Origin: Vairimorpha necatrix
Taxonomy: Eukaryota
Length of the DNA: 64,000 nt
Reading direction: 5' to 3'
Assembly (NCBI GenBank): GCA_036630325.1
Contig: CP142734.1
Span: forward strand, 620,001-684,000
The notes under the pieces: generated by a model
Databases searched by the model: none
Told to the model about the DNA's origin: nothing
The model's input: the letters and a program-made list of their open reading frames with translations, nothing else
Made by a program: the position numbers and the translations under genes
Part shown: positions 38,821 through 50,300 of the stretch, in pieces
Layout of the letters: each line of letters begins with the position of its first letter
Numbering within the stretch: position 1 is the first letter of the stretch

Positions 38821-40442
38821 AATACAATTTAGTAATATTTCGCCATAGTTTCATGGTTTTTTAGGTTAAAGTTCGAAATTTATAACTACTTGTCTTTTAT
38901 TTGAACTATGAATAGTAAATTTTGGCTTAGACTTTACAATTTTAAAAACAGTAACAAACTCATTAAATCATAAAATTTACCTTGTTTATATTATAGATTA
39001 CCTATGTAAATTTGTTGTACTCAGAATTGTTGTTAAAAACATGGTTTATTTATTTATTTAATCAATTTGTAGTAAAAATCAAATGATATTAAATATATCA
39101 TTGATTGGCAGTTATACTTTCAACAAAATATAGTAGTATTAATATTCAAAATGCAGAGACTGGAATGTTAAAAACTCTCAGCCCTTATACTTTCTGCACA
39201 ATAGAATGGAATGAGGCTTTATTTAGATTAGAACAAAAGTTTTTGTCGTAGCCCACCGAATACTAACCAATCATCTTTCGACAAATAGAAAGATTGATTG
39301 GCTACTAAACTATTTGAAAACATTTTCAAAAATAAAAAGGAATATATAAGAAAGCGCTTAACAGTTTTATTCTAAAATATTATCGTACCTTTTTATGACT
39401 GCCATTAGAACAAATTAATTGTTCGAAAATTCTCGACCTTCTGTTTGCACTCAATTTATAAATTCGCCACGACAATAACCGACACGTTTATCATGACCAT
39501 GACCTCTTAATTTTATTTTTGTATCCATTCTCTACAAAATTCTGTAGAATCTTAGATACAAACCTACCCTATTCAACATTAGATAGTATTATTAGTAGGC
39601 TTTCTCAACTATTTGGAAATAAACCATGGTTATTTATGTTAATTATTTTTAGAAATGCATTTAAAGTAAAAAAAGCCTCAGATATATTATCTTAAATTGG
39701 TTTTACATATAATATATTTCATAAATACGACCTAAGAAGATCTTTTTTTCTTTGCAAGTAAGAGATAGAGAAAAAACTTAAATAAGGACCAGAGATATTT
39801 GGGGTGATCTTTATCCAACTGGTATTCGAAAATTCTTACTCACTTAAACTTCCTCTATATATTTTGCCGGTGCAGCAACCCCGCAGTATCCATTTAACTT
39901 TGGCTTCAGAAGAACATTTTCCATTAATACCTCAAATCGTATCCAGAGTTATCTCACGGTGACTAAACAGGCATGGTTATATAACCCTTAGAGAGACATC
40001 ATCGTACTAACTCAAAGGTCCCTTCAATTATTTGTATGCATATACGGCTCCTTACACGGCCTATCAACAGCCGGCATTTTATTGGGATGCGTTGACCACC
40101 AGTATTTCACTAGTTTCGGCCACCGTGTTACAGAATCTTGTAAATAGGGTCTACGAGACCTTTTATTGCCCTATTTCGCCTAGTCTCTGAGTTAGCTCTG
40201 GGATCACACTCTAGAGTGCAACAGCGCCAAGACCACCTTGGCCGTACCTATTAGATACTTCTGTATCATTAAGTCGCCACAAGGATGATACTGTTCTTTG
40301 GCCTTAAGGTGCGTTTCTGGATTAGATGTTATTTCCCTTGGGGCTGGACACATATTAGTTTTTATTGAATCAACTTATTGATTTTCGTGGACATTTATCA
40401 TCTGAGTTGTTTTAACTGCATCATAGAAAGTAGAAACATTTT

Positions 40443-40513
40443 TGGTGCCCCTGAAAATCGAACCCAGCTATTGCTCAATTTAGCATCGCTTCTACCCCTT
40501 AGGTTAAGGGCAC
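40443..40513 (-). pseudogene. Degenerate tRNA-like sequence
   Basis: Minus strand GTGCCCT...GGGTTCGATTTT...GGGGCAC-CA, about 71 nt. Acceptor stem pairs. B box degenerate. Anticodon arm imperfect. Confidence 0.45.
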
Positions 40514-40599
40514 ATTTGAAACAATAAGCATATAAGGAAAAGTTCGCCACCGTGTTGAAGAAAATTTGTAAAAAAACCCTTAAAAGGAGAAAACAAGAT

Positions 40600-43500
40600 G
40601 AATAAATTTATTGTAATACATCATCCTTAAAATTATATATTGAGCAATTTTTTAAGAACTTCCAAACAGTCATTATCTTTTAATTCTTCTATTTTAGGTA
40701 AAATCTTTGTATTCCTTGTTTTTGATAAAAGATCGTTTTTCTGATATTTTATAATATGTTTGTATATCTCATTTATAAATTTTCGAATTCTTAAGCACAG
40801 TAAAAGTTCCGTTAAACTTGAATGTGGTAATTTTAGTCCTCTTTTTAAAGATGTACAAGAACCTTCCGCTCCATTATTTGCAAATATATGTCCAGCATAA
40901 TTCTCTCTTTCTAATAATTATAGTGAAAAAGTCATTATTAAACCAATTTGATATATAATAGTTGAGAAATTCTTTGATAATTTTCCACTACAAATACGGC
41001 ATATTAACCTAACTAAATATTTAAATAAAATATATCTTTTTTCTTCACTAATGAATATTACACAGAGCAAGCATCTTATGTAGAATCTAAAAATAGTATT
41101 TTTTATGTGTTTAAAAAACCCATTGATTTAATTTTTTTAAACCACGCCTGTGAATAATTAAATACACAAAATCTTGTTCTGGTGTCTGGATAAACACTAT
41201 TTAATGCTTTGTATATGGCCAAATTTCTATCTATTATCATATTTTCCATTTTTATATCAGTTTAGATGTAAAAGCATTTGAAACGCTTTTACATACGTTT
41301 CATATTTTTCATTTGACAAGAGAAAGTAAACAAAAGGAATATATGTTTATTCATCTATAAAAAATATTCTCAACAGTAAAAAAAAGACATTAAAGGACGA
41401 GTAAAACGTCCCATCAATTGCAAAAATTCTTCTTATTGTTACTGTGGTTTTTATTTTTATCAGACCGTCATGCTATGACTCTTTATTCGGCACTAAAATA
41501 ATTATCATAATGTATAAACTTAAGACCGGATCCCGTTGTTAATAACTCATTTGAATGTCAAAAAATAAATGAATTTAATTAGGGTATGCTTATTGTAGTT
41601 TATATTTATAGTTTAACAAGGATAGGTTCCGCGTTGGCGTCTCCTGCTTGTAGGTGGCTTCTCGTCTCCATAGTTCTTTCCACATCGGCTTCGTCTTCTC
41701 TTCTTCGGTAGTCCAGAGAAATGCTTTCTAGCGTCTTCTTTAACGTGATCATCTGGATGTACGCTTCTACCTTCTTAGGAATTTCAAGTCTTGTGGTATA
41801 AGATTTGTGAAACTTAGTCACTATACCGTCCCAAGTGATTACGTAGGGAATTATTTCTGTTTTAAAACCATATATTAGGCCCAGTTCGTTCGCAAGGACA
41901 TCATACTTTCTTAACTTATCGTTTTCTACTTGCTGTAGATTCTCTTGTGATGTGACACCTATTTCGATTATTCGTATCAAGTTGTTCTTCTTATCTACTA
42001 CGACAATGTCCGGTTTATTATATTTTATCTTTATGTCTGTTTTTATCGTCGTGTCTATTCTTATTTCCACATCTTTGTTGGCAACTATCTGTTGTACTGA
42101 GTGGTTTCTTAATCTCTTCTTAGGCTGCACTTTATTATTTTCCAAACAGTAGTAGGTGGATGCATTTCACTATTTCATTATGCCTTCTCATATAATCGTG
42201 TCCTAGCATTTTTCCGCACCTCGTCGCCAGATGATCCACGGTCTTGGCTGATTTATTGCAATGGGGGCAATTTCCAATCGATCAATTAAATAGATTTCGG
42301 TCTTGTAGGGCACATAACTTACTCTCTGTCTTGGTATTCGTGTTACCTACTTTAAGCCATAGTGATGAATTTTTAATGTCGACTATGACATTTTCCTTTG
42401 CCATAACCAACTTTTTATGTTCTGTTTTTTTATTTATGTTGTTGTATAGAGATTTGCCTGAGCCTCCGCTAGTGTTTTCTGTTGCACATCTATTAACTTA
42501 TATTTTTCCTGGACGTATGCTTTAATTAGAAAAAAGTGAGTTTTCTTTTTTTCCTGGTTTAATATAATAGCTCGCCTTCTGGGGTAGATATTGACCTTTT
42601 GTTCGAAGTCCGTCCTTAGTTTGAGTATCATGCTTTCACTTTTAAACACTGCACTAATTAGTCTTCTTCCGAGTGCATCGCGGGGAAGGTATAGCCTTTC
42701 TTTGCATGCCGGCTGTGAGTGACCTCCATGTATGTTTAATGATATTCTAATGAAAGAGTCTATCTCCTCAAATATCTCCGGTTCTAAATCTAGTACCCCG
42801 ACATAATAATTTATAAGTGAAATGGCAAATTCATTAATGGACTTAAAGGTGTTCTTGGCGTTAAGTGTTGTACTGCAAATAATTCTTACTCGTGACTTTA
42901 TTTTTCCTTTATGAGTTCAATTGTACTATCACTTGGTTTGTTTTCTCCGGTTTCTAAAACTCCTAGGTATTTATATTCATCATCCTGGCCTATAATAGAC
43001 ATTTTCGCGCTGCAGATTTCACATTTCATCGCAGATTTCTTTTCATTTATTTCTAGTCCGACTGCTTTAAAACATTTCATTATTTCTGCTATCATCACTG
43101 CTAGTGTTTCTTCTTTTTCTGCTACTAATTTTTTATCTTCTATAAAAAGAAAATGGTTTGTATAGTAGGACTCCGTCTTTTCTAAGTTTATACCTACCTT
43201 AGGATAAGTAGCATTCAATTTTTTGGATAACGGGTTCATTGCCAGTACGAAAAGTAAGGGCGACAGACTGTCTCCTTGAAGAATTCCTTTTTCAATCTTT
43301 TTTTTCATAATTTTCTTATTATCTACAAGAATATCTATCTCCCAGCCATTCATAATAAACGATATAAATTTGATCATCCAACTTTCTATTTTAAGTCCTT
43401 CTAAAGTCTTTTCCAAATATTTATGTTCTACGCCGTCCAAAGCTTTTTTCACATCGATCCATGCAGTCTTAAGTTTACAGTCGTACTCGTCATTGATTGC

Positions 43501-44137
43501 TATGTTAATCATAACTTGCTCTTTGGCTCCTTGTATGATACTTCTGCACCCTAGCTGATTTTCAGCCAAAATTTCTCTTTGATTAATTTCTTCCTGTAAG
43601 CATTTAGTTACACATTTTGTTGTGAGCTTGTACAGATTAGACATGCATGTTATTGGTCTAAACTCTGATCCTTTCTCACATTTATCTTTTTTGAATGTCA
43701 TAATTATAAAAAAAGCTAAAGTTTTGTCCAAAATCTTGTATATTACAAATTCTAATTTTTATATTATGTAAACTTGTAAGTAATTTTCTTTCTGAATCAT
43801 CATGAATTATAGTTGTTGCACATACAATTTCAATTTTTGTTTTTCTGCTTGCCAGGCTATCTTTTTTATATCTTCATTCACAAATAGTATTTTGATTTGA
43901 GAACAACTAAAATTCATCGTGATAATGTTCTTGGTAAGCACTCATATCATTTGATATGTTATCAATGCTTATACTCCCATTACCCTTTTTTAATAACAAG
44001 ACCATTTAATGAAATAAGTCGAAGTATATTCTTTTATAGTACTTTTAGCCTTGTATAACCTTATTTGTTTATTTTTTTTTTGCCTTTTATATCTATAGGT
44101 CTTTCTTTTTAAAGTGTATTTTTCTTTCATTTTCCAT
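40600..44137 (-). pseudogene. Old FLYWCH-MULE (Mutator) transposase, interrupted by a non-LTR retrotransposon
   Basis: Minus strand: CCC...ATG at 44137, KWSC, EHYH, then past the insertion FAIDGTF, YFLLSNEKYETY, MIIDRNLAIYKAL..VYP, SQAWFKKIKSMG, NNGAEG. Weak TIR-like similarity between ~40536 and ~44388. Confidence 0.7.
41561..43689 (-). mobile_element. 5'-truncated R4/Dong-like non-LTR retrotransposon (RT plus restriction-like endonuclease)
   Basis: RT motifs FRPITCM, GILQGDSLSPLLF, YKYLG. TVDHLATRC knuckle, RHN, KPDIVV...IEIG endonuclease. 11-bp TSD TTTGAATGTCA (41550-41560, 43690-43700). Confidence 0.92.
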
Positions 44138-44649
44138 TTATACGGGTTTCCTTAAACTAGAGAAAATCCAAATTTTAGTAAAAATATATAAAGTCTTTTA
44201 GTGTCATTCAATTGTTTTAAAAGAAAAAAATTTCTGTTATGGTGTATTTAAAAATCTATTTTGTATTACAACATTAATTTTTTCACTCTGTAGTTTGTGT
44301 GTTTCTTCATGATGCCGTTTGCTCGCTTCAAGAGTCATGTAAACAAAGTATTTTTATAAATTTTTTTTATACGTGAACTGACTTCCCCGCCAACCGTTTT
44401 TGTGTTTCTAATGTATTAGTTGTTAACTATTTTTTTAATAAAATAGTGAATATGAACAAATTAAAACACTGTGATATTCTTTGTTTGTGTTTACTTGTAC
44501 GTATTATGCAAATATGTGTTTGAATTATTATCGTAAAACAAAACATTTACATAATAATTACGAGAATCGATATTTCTGAATTTTTTTAACCCTTCAAACA
44601 TTGTTAAAATACATTATAACCATATAAAATGAAAACGCAAAATGCATAA

Positions 44650-45396
44650 TGTTGAGAATATATACTTAATAAATTTAACCCTTAATTTACAATTATCTTT
44701 AACATGGTGGTGAATAAAAAAAATTATTGAACCCAAACATAAACAAAAAAGAGGTTGTAAGTTCCGTCGAGGTATGAGACGTGAAAAATGCAGTTTAAGT
44801 TTGAATGGGGATATTTGGTTGTCTAAAAGAAGAGAAGGTGATGGCTTGCATCAGTCGAGGAACGGATAAGTGAAGACGTGGAGGTGCAATGAAGAGCTAT
44901 CAAGAAACAGTATTGACTGTAATAAGATCTGGCATAAGAGTTGTCGAGATTGAGTGTAGTGATAATCCCACTATTCACACTTAAAGCTATCGTGGCAAGA
45001 TAGCTAGACTGCCTGTTTTCATGATCCAGAGAGATTTAAAAAGGAAGAAAGTAAAAAGAAACTGTGTTGTCGTTGAAAAATGAGATAGGCGGATAAAATC
45101 CCGTTTCATTGTTGGGGAGACATGTAAAGAAAACCCACATGCCCATAGACTTTGAGTATTTTTACAGGGAAAGAAATACCGTAAAGACCAATACAAGAAG
45201 GGATAGTAAGACGCGAAAGAGTAAAGCGCAGCCCATGGACAATTAATTTTAAAAAAATGCACTTTTATTTTGAAAGCCAAGTAGTAGGCGTAGGGAGTTG
45301 TAAAGATAATTACATCACTATTTCTAAATTTAGCGCGGGGATGTTGAGAATATATACTTAATAAATTTAACCCTTGACATACAATTATCTTTAACA
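44650..45396 (+). mobile_element. Miniature non-autonomous LTR element (747 bp) with 55-bp LTRs
   Basis: Direct repeats 44650-44704 and 45342-45396 (TG...CA, 3 mismatches). Perfect TSD CATAA. PBS TGGTGGT at 44705. Purine-rich AGCGCGGGGA before the second LTR. Confidence 0.9.
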
Positions 45397-46335
45397 CATA
45401 AAGTAAACATAAACTTTTTAATGATTGTTTGAAGACGATTTGATTGAATTGTATTTGCGAAATACAAACATTTGACTTTCGATATGTTGCTTAGAGGTTT
45501 CTTAATATCATGTTTTCATAATGACAATCTTGTGACAAGGGGGTTGTTAATGATAATGCGTGTATGTGCAAGTAAGAAGGGGGATGCCATAAAAGATTCT
45601 TATGTTTAAAACTATATCCATATTAATTATATTTTCAGTGTTATTTTTTATCGATATTTTTTTCGCTATATTATACAAGCATATGCTAATCCGTTTTGAA
45701 AACGGGATTGATATATTGGTTTATGTCATTTACCTTCCTCTCTATTTTTTAAGTTTCTGTTTTTGGTTTTAATAAGGAAAAAAGATTGTATTTTTAAAAA
45801 ATACTTTTTATTGACATTTAAAGAATAAAATAATGTTTAAAACACACATAACTCGTAATATTCTATATTAAATATTTTTGTAAATTTCTGTTGAAGGGTT
45901 AAATAAATTCTAAAAAAGGATTCTGACGATATTTTAGAAGAATATTTTATAAAAACAATGGCTAATTTCCACTTTAGCCCCCCTTATAAGGATAAGAACA
46001 GGAAATTTTTTAGTTAGCTTTGTTGTTTGAAAGTCGAAGCGTCCAGAGAAGAGAGGAACAAACAAAAATTTACATAGTGCAAAAATAGTCTTATTTAGAT
46101 CTAATTTGATCAATATTTATGATTAACATTATTTTAAATCTTTTTTGATAATGTATTACTGTAAAATATGCGTTTAAAGCAGTAAATATTTGAACAAATG
46201 TATTTTATTCTTTTGTCATTACAATTAATTTTTGTTGTTGTTGTTAAACATGTTTTCAATCAGTTTTTGTTATTATAAACAGATTTTAGGATAGGTTTTT
46301 ATTTTTATATATATATATGTATATATTAGTTAGGT

Positions 46336-46824
46336 GACACGACGATAAAAACAAACATAAAGATAAAATATAATAAACCAGACATTGTCGTAGTAGATAA
46401 GAAGAACAAATTGATACGAATAATCAAAATAGGTGTCACATCACAAGAGAATCTACAGCAAGTAGAAAACGATAAATTAAGAAAGTATGATGTCCTTGCG
46501 AACGAACTGGGCCTAATATATGGTTTTAAAACAGAAATAATTCCCTACGTAATCACTTGGGACGGTATAGTGACTAAGTTTCACAAATCTTATACCACAA
46601 GACTTGAAATCCCTAAGAAGGTAGAAGCGTACATCCAGATGATCACGCTAAAGAAGACGCTAGAAAGCATTTCTCTGGACTACCGAAGAAGAGGAGACGA
46701 AGCCGATGTGTAAAGGGCTATGGAGCCACAAAGCTACCTACAAGCAGATGACGCCAACGCGGAACCTACCCTTGTTAAACTATAAATATAAACTACAATA
46801 TGCATACCCTAATTAAATTCATTT
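46336..46824 (+). mobile_element. Short 5'-truncated copy of the R4/Dong-like element
   Basis: Nearly identical to the reverse complement of ~41567-42055. 12-bp TSD TATTAGTTAGGT (46324-46335, 46825-46836). Confidence 0.93.
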
Positions 46825-47354
46825 TATTAGTTAGGTCTTTCTTAGTACTTAATGATTTTTATAGTCAAACAATGTTGTAATATATAAAATTTATATTCTT
46901 TTATGTATTTTTGAATCATATAAAACATCATTTTTAAAGAAATATCGTTTAAAACGATGTAAAAAGCTTACATAATATTGTTTATATAGAGATTAATCAG
47001 GACTTATCTCTATTATACATTGAAATGTAAAATAAAGATAAGTCTTGAATAATAAACGAAAGAAGGAATATTAAAAAACCCCGAAAAATAATTATGGTAT
47101 CTTTGCGCAGCACAGATCCACAAGTAAATTGTTTGTTTACACAACAAACAAATAAAACTATAAATACAATTATAGTCCTTACCCACACACAAAACCAAGA
47201 AAGAGATGGGAATCAGACAATCTAAAAACACAAGAATTACAGGGAAGAACACACTACCAAAAATCTTAATAAAACAATTGTGCATAAAACTATTTTAGAG
47301 ACATACTTCGAATTAGGATATGTCAATGTTTTGTATATTTTTGGAAATTATGCT

Positions 47355-50300
47355 TGTCGTATCTGAACTAATAAGCTTCTATCATCTAGTATCAGAATCT
47401 CTTACAATGTTTACACCATCAGAGTGCTAGATCACAATTAATCTTTCAAGAAAACTACATAATAAAATATAACGATAGATAAATGCATATTCCTTCAGAC
47501 TTGTTATATGAATCCAATATGGCGACAACGACAAAAGGAATAAAGACTTTTAGTGGTGAGAAGAATGAGGATGTATTTATCTGGATCCAAGATCTAGTAT
47601 TCATAATTAAAATTATGAAGCACTCGGATGCGGAAGCCATAAAGTTCCTGCTATTACAATTAAGAGGGATCGCCTTAAGCTGGGCTGCAGAAACCTTAAA
47701 TGGAAGAATTAAAGAGATGGGACTTAACGGACTTACACAGGCTCTAAAAACAAGATTCGGTGAACAGCAAAATACATATATATATCACTAAGTAAATTTC
47801 TGCTACAAAATTTCCCAACAACAAGAAATGAATATACTGAACTGTTAAAACGCAACGATATTGTTCAAAAAAAAAACTACATAAACATTATGCCACTTAC
47901 TCAGGTCGTTATAATAAATCACCTGTCGAAATCAAACCGTTACTCTTCCAAGAAGCAGAAGTAGTCCAAACTTTTGACAATTTTGTAAAAAGGGCAGAAG
48001 ACATCGCATGGATCTCTTTCCCGGATAAAACGTTAAACGCAGTCTCAATGGAACGACCGACAACCTCTGGGTCTACAAAACAGTACTGTGAATATCATGA
48101 GACCACGTGACATAGTGCGAAGAATTGCATAGTCTTAAAAAAGCTAAAGAAGAACAGAGGTCAGATTCAAAAAAAACTACAACAAGCCAAAAAACACGGC
48201 ATTTTCACTTACAACAGAGAAGAAAACAACATCAGACGGTGAAACAACTGACACAGTAACAAACTAAAAACCAATAAACAAAGTTACATTCTACATAAAC
48301 CAGCTATACATCACAACAAATCCTTTTTTCAAATTTTCACATTAAACTCAAACCCCATAAGATGCCTCATCGACACAGGCGCAGAAGTTACCATAATCGA
48401 TAAATCCTTTATAGGGGATCTAAAATACCGTCCCCAAATCCAAACGCCTCAGATAACAATAAGATCGGCCTGCGGTACGGAGCTAAGAGTCATAGACAGA
48501 GCAACCGTAATCACACTTAATAAAGACCACAACAAGGAACTTGCCATAAGCCCATACATTGTCACAAACGAGCCCCTTGCGTCATACTAGGGATTGACAT
48601 GATCAAAAACAATCCAGAACTTCTTGCCGAGCCTATACGAATGCTAAAAGGAGGCCGATAACAGGGAAAAACTGTCAACAATTTGCTATGAATGGAGGCC
48701 AAAGATATAATAACGAAGTACACAGATATTTTAAAACCGAAATCTCAGAGTTACGGTTTGCACAAAGGGGAAGCACAAAATAGAGATCTCATCAGATGTT
48801 TCTATATATTCCAGAGGAGGTAGAGTTCCAATACATCTAAAAGAACAAATAGACAAAGAAATCGAGAAGAATCTGCGACTTGGGATCATCAGAAAAAGTA
48901 AAAGCCCATGGTGCAGCCAAATTGTGGCTGTCCCAAAACCGGATGGGTCGGTACGTATGTGTATAGATAACCGACCTTTAAATAGAATAACTACGAAAGA
49001 TCGATTCCCAATACCTAGGATTGATGAAATAATAGATAACCTCGCGGGTTCGCGATATTTCACTACATTAGACGCAACATCAGGGTATTACCAAGTCGAA
49101 GTCGAAGAAGACGACAAAGAAAAAACAGCGTTTTCATGGAGAGGAGGCCTTTTCGAATTTAATAGATTACCTTTTGGGCTGTGCAACGCCCAGCCACCTT
49201 CCAGAGACTAATGGATGCGACGTTCGAACAGGAACGAAGAAAGTTTGTAATTCCTTATCTTGGCGGCATAATTATATGCTTAAAAGCATAGAAGAACGCC
49301 GTAAGCATGTAAACACGGCGATGGACAAACTAATGAAGGCCGGATTCCCACTAAATAAAAAGAAATGCACATTCTTCAAACCCGAAATAAAAATACTTGG
49401 ATCGATCATCGGACAAAACAAGATCCGCCCGGACCCTGCTACAATGAGGTGATACAGAAATTTCCATTGCCCGAGACCGTCACAAAACTAAGATCTTTCT
49501 TAGGTATGGCGAACTACTGCAGAGATTTTATTAAAGAACATGCCAAACTATCTCGTACCTATTTAAACTTATCGGTGGAGAAAAAAGAACTCTCAGAAAA
49601 TGATTCAGTATTTGGATGCGGCAATTCAATCCTTCAAACAATTAAAGAAAGTTATCTATGAGAATCTCGAGCGCACACAGCCTGATATCAATGAAAATTC
49701 CATTTTGACTACCGATTCGCCGGAAAGTGCTGTTGGTCTTACTGTCACAGGTCGATGATCTCGGAAAGGAACAAATGATTTCAGCCTTCAGCAAAGACCT
49801 AGACAAGGCTCAGCCTAATTATTCGGTGACCGATAAAGAACTTTTAGGGCTAGTGAAGAGTATAGAACACTACAGACACTGCCTATTAGGAAAAGAGTTC
49901 TTACTACGTGCTGACCATATGGCTTTGGCATACCTATGGAAATATAAGAATCCCGTTGCCGCCTTCTGCGTTGGTCACAACGGTTACAAGAATATTCCTT
50001 CAAGGTAATGTATATCAAAGGCGAGAATAACATCGCAGATGCGGTTAGTAGGATGAGCATAAACTCTTTACATCAAGGCTGCCCCAATGAAACCCCCAGT
50101 CAGGAACAAAGGGACGAAATAATAAAAGAAGGTTAAATTGCGATGTTGCCCCCCCCCCATCCCTAAAAAAATAAAAAAAAGACAAAACTAAAAAAGGAAT
50201 AAAATTATACCTTTAAAATGAACATAAAGAATTTTAGAAAATTAATATATAAAAAAGAGTAATTATTTTTATTTCTTCTTGAAAAAAATATATTAAAGGT

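Noticed and set aside
39780..40350. rRNA fragment
   Set aside because: No universally conserved SSU or LSU motif recognised on either strand.
41470..41540. piggyBac-like DNYFS motif on the minus strand
   Set aside because: Surrounding motifs (IDGTF, IIDRNLA, SQAWFKKI, NNGAEG) place it in a MULE transposase.
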